A DNA stretch of 23,559 bases from Myxococcota bacterium (GTDB taxonomy: Bacteria; Myxococcota_A; Polyangia; Polyangiales; Sandaracinaceae), in assembly GCA_036149055.1 (NCBI GenBank), contig JAYZQJ010000013.1, positions 1-23,559 on the forward strand, written 5' to 3'. Position numbers and translations under genes: made by a program. Below are positions 16,905 to 23,559 of the stretch, piece after piece. The notes under the pieces are model-generated. The model was not told where the DNA came from, made no database searches, and saw only the letters and a list, made by a program, of their open reading frames with translations. Numbering within the stretch: the stretch's first letter is position 1; every line of letters begins with the position of its first letter.

Positions 16905-18670
16905 TGCGCGGGCTCGCGCTGCTGTCGCTGCTCGTCGCGCTCCCGGCGTCGGCGCAGCCGCGGGTCGAGGAGGTCATCACCGCCACCGCCGACGCGCGCG
17001 ACGTGGCCCGCTACGGCGACCGTGTCTTCGTGGCCACCGAGGGCGGCCTCCTGGTGCTGCGGGACGATCGGGTCGAGCGGGTGATCACCGAGGGCTTGCC
17101 CGGCGCGAGGCTCCGCTCGGTCAGCGTCATCGGGGATCGCCTCTGGGTCGGCGCGGTCGAGGGCACCGCGGTGCTCGACGCCGAGCTGAACGTCGTCGCC
17201 CGCCACGCGCCTCGCCGGGTGCGCCGGGCGGTGGCCTTCGCCGGCTCCACCTGGCTGGCCAGCCACGGCGGCGGCCTCCTCCGGGTGGACGGCGACCGCG
17301 TGCGCTCGGTGTCGCTCGGCCGCGCGCACGCCTACGTGCGGCTCACCGATCTCGCGGTGGTGGGAGACGAGCTGTGGGTCGCGAGCCATGGGGTGGGCGT
17401 GCTCCGGGTGAGCGCCGAGGGCCGGGTCGTCGGCCGGGTGCGTCAGCGGAGCGGCCTGCCGAGCGACTACACGTGGCGGCTCGCGCGACACGGAGGCGAG
17501 GTCTTCGTGGCCACCATCGCCGGGGTCGGCGCGGTCACCGAAGACGGCGCGGTCGTGCGCGACCATCGGGTCACCGCGCTGGCGCGGCGCCTCCCGGTCC
17601 GCGACGTGCGCGACGTGGCCCTCGCCGGCGATCGCGTCTGGCTCGCCACCTTCGGCCGCGGCCTCTGGCGCGCCGACGGCGATCGACCGCGCCGGGTGGG
17701 CCGCTACGAGCGAGCGCACGCGGTGCTGGCGGCAGACGGAGACCTGCCGCTGGTCGCCCACGCCGAGGGGGTGAGCCGCGGGGCGCGCGCGATCACCTCG
17801 GGCGGCCTGCCGAGCGGGGACGTCACCGCGATCGCGCGGGCCTTCGGAGCGCTGTGGGTCGGCACCTTCGGCGACGGCCTCGCGCGCCGCCGGGGCGGCC
17901 GCTTCGAGCGCGTCGGTCAGGCCCACGAGCGCTGGACGGTCGACGAGCGCATCAACGACCTCGCGGTCACCGGGCGCGGCCCGGGCGGTCGAGGAGGTGA
18001 GCGGCTCTGGATCGCGACCGACCGTGGCCTCTGGTGGCACGACGGCCGCGTGTTCTCGCGCGTCGAGGACCCGGCGGGCCCGAGCTGGATCCACACCACC
18101 GCGCTCCACGTCGACGGCGACGCGCTCTGGGTCACCACCAGCCGAGAGCTCTGCCGCTTCCGCCGGGGCTGGCGCTGCTGGACCGGCGACCCGAGCTTCC
18201 CCGTCGCTCAGCTCCACGCGGTCACCACCGATCGCGCCGGCCGGGTCTGGGTCGGCAGCCTCCACGGGCTCTACCGCTTCGACCCGGAGGCCGAGCGCTT
18301 CCACCGCCACACCGTCTCGAGCGGCGCGCTCCCCGTCGACTGGGTGACGGCGGTGGTGCCCTGGGGCGACGGCGTGCTCGCCGGCACCTATCACGGCGGC
18401 CTCTCGCTCGGCGACGGCGAGCGATTCCAGGTCATCCGCGAGGGACAGGCGGGCCTGCCGAGCGGCTGGGTGAACCCGCACGCGATCCGTCGCCGCGGCG
18501 ACACCCTCTACATCGGCACCCTCGAGCGCGGCCTGGTCATCGGCCGCCCCGGCGCCTTCGCTCACCTCACCCGCGCCGACGGCCTCCCGAGCGACGACGT
18601 GACCGACGTGCTCCCGGACCGCGGCGGCGTCTGGGTGGCGACCCGAGGCGGCCTCGCGCGCCTCCGCTGA
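16904..18670 (+). CDS. Secreted tandem beta-propeller protein (two-component-regulator/Reg_prop-like blades), 588 aa
   Basis: ATG overlaps the upstream TGA; signal peptide ending ASA-Q; about 14 repeats of 'lWvgT.gGl' with GLPS.DV linkers; no kinase or TM domain. Confidence 0.87.
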   Translation: MRGLALLSLLVALPASAQPRVEEVITATADARDVARYGDRVFVATEGGLLVLRDDRVERVITEGLPGARLRSVSVIGDRLWVGAVEGTAVLDAELNVVARHAPRRVRRAVAFAGSTWLASHGGGLLRVDGDRVRSVSLGRAHAYVRLTDLAVVGDELWVASHGVGVLRVSAEGRVVGRVRQRSGLPSDYTWRLARHGGEVFVATIAGVGAVTEDGAVVRDHRVTALARRLPVRDVRDVALAGDRVWLATFGRGLWRADGDRPRRVGRYERAHAVLAADGDLPLVAHAEGVSRGARAITSGGLPSGDVTAIARAFGALWVGTFGDGLARRRGGRFERVGQAHERWTVDERINDLAVTGRGPGGRGGERLWIATDRGLWWHDGRVFSRVEDPAGPSWIHTTALHVDGDALWVTTSRELCRFRRGWRCWTGDPSFPVAQLHAVTTDRAGRVWVGSLHGLYRFDPEAERFHRHTVSSGALPVDWVTAVVPWGDGVLAGTYHGGLSLGDGERFQVIREGQAGLPSGWVNPHAIRRRGDTLYIGTLERGLVIGRPGAFAHLTRADGLPSDDVTDVLPDRGGVWVATRGGLARLR

Positions 18671-18672
18671 TT

Positions 18673-19017
18673 CAGCCACTCGCAGGAAACGAGGAAGGGT
18701 GGAAACGAGGAGGCGAGAGGGGAAGGGTCTGCCAGAGTGACCCGGCCGCCGGCTACCGGGCCGCCGCTCCGCTCGGCGCCAGCCACTCGCAGGAAGCGAG
18801 GAAGGGTGGAAGCGAGGAGGCGAGAGGGGAACGGCCCGCCACGATGACCGGCTACCGGGCCGCCGCTCCGCTCGGCCCCCGGCGGCGAGCCACCATCCCG
18901 CCGCCCATCGGTCTCGCGGCGAAGCCGCACCTCCTCACTTCCCACCTTCCTCGCTTCCTGCGAGTAGCGGCCGCTCCAGCTTCCCGGCCGGGCCCCGGCG
19001 GCGAGCCATCATCCCGC
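18673..19017. repeat. Composite intergenic repeat: two direct copies and one inverted copy of a purine-rich unit
   Basis: cagccactcgcaggaa(a/g)cgaggaagggtggaa(a/g)cgaggaggcgagaggggaa at 18673 and 18780; ccggctaccgggccgccgctccgctcggc at 18749 and 18848; inverted copy at about 18931-18965; 25-nt direct repeat at 18877-18901 and 18993-19017. Confidence 0.9.
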
Positions 19018-19575
19018 TCAGGGCGCGCTCGGCGGCATGATCATCATGCCGGCCATCATGTGGTGGACCGGGGGGCGGTGCTTCTCTTCGGTCAGCCGGC
19101 GCTGCGCGGCGGTGGGGCGCGCGTCGTCGTCGGTCACGTCGGCGGTCACCGCGCGGGTCTCGGTGGGGCCGCCGTCGTCGACGTCGCCCGCGTCCGGCTC
19201 GAGCGCGCTCACCGGCTGCATCGGGGGCCCGAGGTCGAGGGGCGCGACCTCCTGCGTGATCTCCGCCTCACCCGGGGCCTCGCTGGTCGCGCAGCCCGCG
19301 GTCAGGGCGCTGGCGAGCACCACCCCGCCCGCCCAGCGCGGGGCCCGGCTCCGGGGCGGGAGGAAGACGGCCTCGTCGTCGGCGCTCATCGCCAGCCGGA
19401 CGCAGAGGCGCTCGCCGGTCGCGCGCCGCACCCGGGCTTCGGCCTGAGCGCGGGTCATCACCGAGAGATCGATGACGGTCCGGGCGCAGCTCGCGCAGTG
19501 ACGGCCCTCGCCGCGCGGCTCCATCTCGGACCAGGGCTCCTCGCAGGCTTCGGCGACGCGGAATTCCATGGGCAT
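19018..19575 (-). CDS. Membrane-anchored protein with N-terminal 4-Cys domain, 185 aa
   Basis: GAGG RBS before ATG 19575 (alternative 19569). C...W..M.....RHC..C...V.DLS.MT..........LCVR domain, then hydrophobic segment ending LTAGC, acidic linker and HHMMAGMMIM tail. Confidence 0.8.
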   Translation of the reverse strand: MPMEFRVAEACEEPWSEMEPRGEGRHCASCARTVIDLSVMTRAQAEARVRRATGERLCVRLAMSADDEAVFLPPRSRAPRWAGGVVLASALTAGCATSEAPGEAEITQEVAPLDLGPPMQPVSALEPDAGDVDDGGPTETRAVTADVTDDDARPTAAQRRLTEEKHRPPVHHMMAGMMIMPPSAP

Positions 19576-19609
19576 GGGACCTCGGACCGCCGAAGTCCTT
19601 GGCGGTTCC

Positions 19610-21974
19610 TCACGAGGCCATCTTCGCGACCACCTCGCGGAGCAGCGCCGCCAGGTCCTCGGCGACCTCGGCCGGGGCGTCGATCGCGACGCCGCCATCC
19701 GGTCGCGGCCTGATCTCGAGCTGGTCGACGAGCGAGGGCGGCTCGGCGCGCGACGCCGCCGGCTCGTCGACGGGCGGCTCGGCGATCGGCTCCCCACAGG
19801 GACATCAGCCGCTGGACCAGGCTCGTGTCCTCGAGCACGACGTGATCGGCGTCCGAGTCGAAGAGCCCCTCGAAGAGCGCCTGCTTCGCGCCGCACAGCT
19901 GGGCGATGCGGCCCTCGATCGAGGGCTCGGAGACGAGGTCGTAGACGTCGATGGGCTCGGTCTGCCCCAGCCGGTGGATGCGCGCGATCCGCTGCTCGCG
20001 CACCGCCGGGTTCCACGGGAGCTCGAGGTTGACGCACGCGGTCGCGGCCCGCTGGAGGTTCAGCCCGACGCCGCCCGCGTCGCTCGCGAAGAGCACGCGG
20101 GTGGCCGGGTCGTCGTGCAGCTCGACCACGCTCCGGTCGCGCTGCTTCGGCGACTCCGCGCCGGTGAAGAAGACCGAGCGGAGGCCGCGCGCCGCGAGCG
20201 GCTCGCGGGTGGCCCACCAGGCGAGCGCGAGCATGCGCCGCCACTGGCTGAAGACGATGACCGTGCGGCCCTGATCGACGACCAGGCTCTGCAGCAGCTC
20301 GCGCAGCGCCTCGAGCTTGGGCGCCTGCGCGTCGGCGAGGGCGGCCTGGGTGGCCGGCTGGTCGCGCATGCCCTCCCAGCGCTCCTCGAAGTCCCGCTGC
20401 GCGAGCCCGTTCGCGATGACCCGCTGCCGGGTGAGGAGGGAGATCAGCCGGATCTGCTCCTCCGGCGTGAGCCTCCGCTTCTGCGCGATCTCCACCAGGA
20501 TGGCGATGCGCTGGTCGAGGGCGTCGTGGCGGCGGATCTGCCCGGACGTCATCGGGACCGGCACGACGGTGTCCGTCCGGGGCGGCAGCTGGTCGAGGAT
20601 CTCCGCGCGTCGCCGTCGTAGGAAGCAATGCGCGATGCGGCTCCGGAGCGATCCGAGGTGGGTGGCGCAGCCGACGCCGCCGTGCACCACCGGGATCCGC
20701 CAGGTGGGGGCGAGCGCGCCCGGGTCGACGAACTCGAGGATCGACCCGAGCTCCGGGAGCCGGTTCTCGAGCGGCGTCCCGGTGAGCGCGAGCCGGTAGG
20801 CGCCCCCCAGCCGCTTCACCGCGCGCGCGGTCTGCGTGTGTGCGTTCTTGATGCGCTGCGCCTCGTCGAGCACCACCATCTCTGGCGCCCACGCCTCGAG
20901 CGCCTCGCCGTCGCGGAGGAGCAGCTCGTAGTTGATCACCAAGAAGCCCTCGCGCGTGGTCGCATAGAGGCGCCGCCGACGCGGCGGAGGCCCCTCGACG
21001 ACCTCGACCGGGGCGTCCGAGAAGGCCAGCCACTCGCGCCGCCACTGCGACTTCAGCGGGGCAGGCACCACCAGCAGCCCCCGCCGGACCGCGCCGCTCC
21101 GGTGCAGCGCGTGACAGGCCGCGATCGCCTGCGCCGTCTTGCCGAGGCCCATGTCGTCGGCGAGGAGGAGGCGGCCGGAGTCGAGCAGCCGCTCGACGCT
21201 CTCGCGCTGGTACGCGTAGAGCGGCCGACGGAGGGTCTCCAGGAGCCCGGCGCCCAGCGGCTCCCGGTCAGGGGGCGAGGCCTCCTCGAGGAGCGCCCGC
21301 ACCGCCGGGGCGACGCGCTCGGGGTGCTCTCTGGCCCAGCGTCGCGCGGCGGCGAGCCAGCGAGGCGATCCCTCCGGAGGGCGCCGCGCGTCGCCCGGCC
21401 CGCGCCACCCGCCGACGAAGGCGGGCTCGCGCCCGCGCTCCCCGCGCCAGCGCAGGCGTGACCACCACGGGTCGTCTCCGAGGACGGGCCGCACCGGATC
21501 CCACTCGAGCGCGTGACGCAGCGGCGGCGCGCTGGCGGCGGCGATCCACGCGTCCGGCTCGCCGGCCAGGTGGGCCAGGGCGGCGAGCACGTGCGCGCAG
21601 AGCCCGAGGGAGGACAGCCGGAAGTCGGGGCAATCGCAGCTCGCGCGGAGCGGGAACAGGCCGCCCAGGTGCGGGCGCCACGGGAGGCCCCGGAGCCGCC
21701 ACTCACCCAGCGCCTCGTCAGGCGCCTCGAGGGCGATCGACCTCGACTCCAGCCAGCGCCGCGTCGCGGCCTCGAACGCGGCGCGCTGCAGCGGCCAGCC
21801 CGCCGAGCGATAGAGGTCGATGACGTGGCGGGGGAGGAAGCCGCGCGGCAACGGATCGAGGCGCGCGCCGGCCAGGCCGGTGAGCGTGCGGAAGGCCTGC
21901 GTCTCGTCGACGCCGAAGAGATCGATCTGCCGCGCGGAGCTGAGGCCGCCGTGATGGGTGCCGGGGAGGGGCAT
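19610..21974 (-). CDS. SWIM zinc-finger SNF2-family (DEAQ) helicase/ATPase, apparently frameshifted near the 3' end
   Basis: SWIM CDC...LCAH; LYAYQ; LADDMGLGKT; VLDEAQRIKN; LTGTPLEN; IVFSQW; SDAGGVGLNLQ; WNPAVREQRIARIHRLGQ. As given, the frame runs to 19458 in junk-like sequence. Removing one G at 19792-19795 gives a natural tail ending at TGA 19610. The start is uncertain (21974, 21998 or 22026). Confidence 0.88.
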
Positions 21975-22022
21975 GACCCCCCTGACGCAGGTGCGCACGT
22001 CGGACTGACGGAAGCGCGAAGA

Positions 22023-22928
22023 TCATCGCCAGAGCGCCTCGTCGCCGGCGTGGGCCACCAGGTGATCGACGAAGGCGCGGACCCGGGGGGCGAGCTGCCG
22101 GACCTCGGGCCAGATCAGCCAGAGCTCTCCGCGCATCGCGTGGAGCGACGGGAGGACCGGCTCGAGCTCCCCCCGCTCCACGTAGGGCCGCGCCATCAGG
22201 TCGGGCGCGACCGCGATCCCCGCGCCGGCGGCGGCCGCGGCGGTGATGAGCGCGAAGTCGTTCAGCACCATGACCGTCCGGAGGGGCGCCTCGCGCTCGA
22301 CCCCCTCGTCGTCCCGCAGCACCACCCGGTCGCGCGGCAGGACGCGATGCTGCACGAGATCGTGCGAGGCGAGGGCCGGCGGCGCGGTCGGCCGTCCACG
22401 CCCGTCGAGGTAGGAGGGCGACGCGTACAGCCCCGCGCCCATCCTCGCGATCCGGCGCCCCGCCAGCCCGCTGCTCCCGGCCCGCGGGGCGTCGGGGCGG
22501 AGCGCGAGGTCGAAGCCCTCGCCGGCCAGATCCACCACCCGGTTGGTCAGGTCGAGCTCGACCACGACCTGCGGGTATCGCGCTCGAAACGACGTGAGGA
22601 GCGTCGCGAAGCCGCCGGCGTGGCCGAGGTCCTGCGGCGCGGTCAGCCGGAGCACGCCCGATGGGGTCTCCTGGCGATCCTCGAGCTCCCGCTCCACCTC
22701 GGCGAGCGTCCGGAGGGCGGCCACGCAGCGGGCGTGCAGGCGGGCGCCGTCCTCGGTGACCGTCACGCTGCGCGGCCCCCGGTTCAACAGCGGCAGGCCG
22801 AGCTGGTCCTCGAGCCTGGCCACCCGCCGGCTCACCGTCGACTTCGGCACCCCGAGCTGAGCGGCGGCCGCGGTGAGGCTCCCCGCGTCCACGACCCGCA
22901 CGAAGGTGTCGAGCTCCACCAGGTTCAC
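22023..22928 (-). CDS. LysR-family transcriptional regulator (CrgA-like), 301 aa
   Basis: GTG 22928; HTH F.RVVDAGSLTAAAAQLGVPKSTVSRRVARLEDQLG..LL.R; substrate domain P.G.LRLTAP, VDL..EGFDLALR, AAAAGAGIA..P, PRVRAFVDHL. Confidence 0.95.
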   Translation of the reverse strand: MNLVELDTFVRVVDAGSLTAAAAQLGVPKSTVSRRVARLEDQLGLPLLNRGPRSVTVTEDGARLHARCVAALRTLAEVERELEDRQETPSGVLRLTAPQDLGHAGGFATLLTSFRARYPQVVVELDLTNRVVDLAGEGFDLALRPDAPRAGSSGLAGRRIARMGAGLYASPSYLDGRGRPTAPPALASHDLVQHRVLPRDRVVLRDDEGVEREAPLRTVMVLNDFALITAAAAAGAGIAVAPDLMARPYVERGELEPVLPSLHAMRGELWLIWPEVRQLAPRVRAFVDHLVAHAGDEALWR

Positions 22929-22935
22929 GGTCGAA

Positions 22936-23002
22936 GGTTGCCTCAGCGCAACCCATGGTTGCAACCGAGCCCGGTGGTTGCGCAGGTGGAACTTCTTACG
23001 AT
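22936..23002. promoter_or_regulatory. Divergent lysR/doxX control region with dyad operator-like sites and a -10-like hexamer
   Basis: GGTTGC-N6-GCAACC (22936-22953), palindrome GGTTGCAACC (22957-22966), GTTGC-N6-GGAAC (22977-22992), TACGAT (22997-23002). Confidence 0.6.
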
Positions 23003-23024
23003 TGGCCTCGAAAGAGAGACGACG

Positions 23025-23441
23025 ATGAAGATCACCCTCTGGATCCTGCAGGCGCTCCTCGCGCTCCTCTTCGCCATGGCCGGCCTGTTCAAGCTCGCGA
23101 CCCCGATCGACGAGCTCGTCGCGAGCGGCATGACCTACGCGGCCGATTACCCCTGGATGCTCTACCTGGCCGGCGGCGCCGAGGTGCTGGGCGCGATCGG
23201 GCTCATCCTCCCGGCCGCGACCCGTATCAAGCCTGGTCTCACCCCTCTCGCGGCGGCGGGCCTCGCCCTGGTGATGTTCCTGGCGATCGGCCTCCACCTG
23301 GTGCGTGGAGAATTCGCGGCCCTCGGCGGCCCGGCCGTCCTGATGGCGCTCAGCCTCTTCGTCGCCTGGGGGCGCTGGAAGAAGGCGCCGATCACGCCCC
23401 TCCACCTTCGTTCTCGGAGCTTGGAGCTCTCTGAGCGGTAG
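23025..23441 (+). CDS. DoxX-family membrane protein, 138 aa
   Basis: ATG after gagagac; LWILQALLALLFAMAGLFKL, G.AEVLGAIGLILP..T.I.P.LTPLAA.GL...M..AI..HL.RGE; 4 TM. Confidence 0.92.
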   Translation: MKITLWILQALLALLFAMAGLFKLATPIDELVASGMTYAADYPWMLYLAGGAEVLGAIGLILPAATRIKPGLTPLAAAGLALVMFLAIGLHLVRGEFAALGGPAVLMALSLFVAWGRWKKAPITPLHLRSRSLELSER

Positions 23442-23464
23442 ACGCGAGGGACGACAATTACTCT

Positions 23465-23487
23465 CGCAAAGACGCAAAGGCGCAAAG
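23465..23487 (+). repeat. Short cgcaaag periodic repeat (intergenic repeat arm)
   Basis: ctctcgcaaagacgcaaaggcgcaaag carries three cgcaaag units at 8-nt spacing downstream of doxX; any partner arm may lie beyond the window. Confidence 0.55.
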
Positions 23488-23559
23488 GGGTTGGGTGGCG
23501 GCGGGGTGGGGGCTCGCCGGGCTGTGGCGGTCGCTGGTCGCTGGCCTGGGGCTCGACGC

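Noticed and set aside
18673..18876. Possible CRISPR array
   Set aside because: Only two units, with long non-palindromic constant blocks, an inverted third copy and no cas genes.
19576..21045. N-terminal extension of ORF 19018-21045
   Set aside because: An off-frame read within the helicase gene; the real protein begins at MPMEF (19575) with an RBS.
19610..21974. SNF2 helicase as part of an anti-phage system (DISARM/Zorya/BREX-like)
   Set aside because: No methylase, nuclease, DUF1998, PglZ or MotAB-like neighbours; the SWIM-SNF2 architecture stands alone.

Overview
A very GC-rich bacterial chromosomal window. The many lipoproteins, FHA-GGDEF protein, FGE-fold lipoprotein and VIT-vWA protein suggest Myxococcota, probably Polyangiales/Sandaracinaceae-like; this is inferred from gene content. 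I count about 21 real CDSs; most long ORFs in the track are high-GC shadow frames. In order: a coiled-coil hypothetical, a small Cys-rich lipoprotein, an actinobacterial-type GuaB1 (probable GMP reductase), two tandem DUF5362-like membrane paralogs, DUF1993 plus a HAD hydrolase, a lipoprotein plus a trypsin-like lipoprotease with three novel-looking Ca-binding repeats, an FHA-GGDEF diguanylate cyclase, DUF2914, a Bpt/ATE transferase, an FGE-fold lipoprotein with a beta-defensin-like module, DUF2071, a 2OG-Fe(II) oxygenase, a 1315-aa lipoprotein (PQQ-type propeller + VIT + vWA + C-terminal domain starting at Gly-Asp-Pro) coupled to a secreted propeller protein, a 4-Cys membrane protein, a frameshifted SWIM-SNF2 helicase, and divergent LysR/DoxX. 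Intergenic regions carry several REP/MITE-like repeats. The best candidate for a new system is the inter-alpha-inhibitor-like VIT-vWA/GDP lipoprotein with its propeller partner (12957-18670). I saw no rRNA, tRNA, CRISPR array or transposase. All family assignments come from motif recognition, not database searches.
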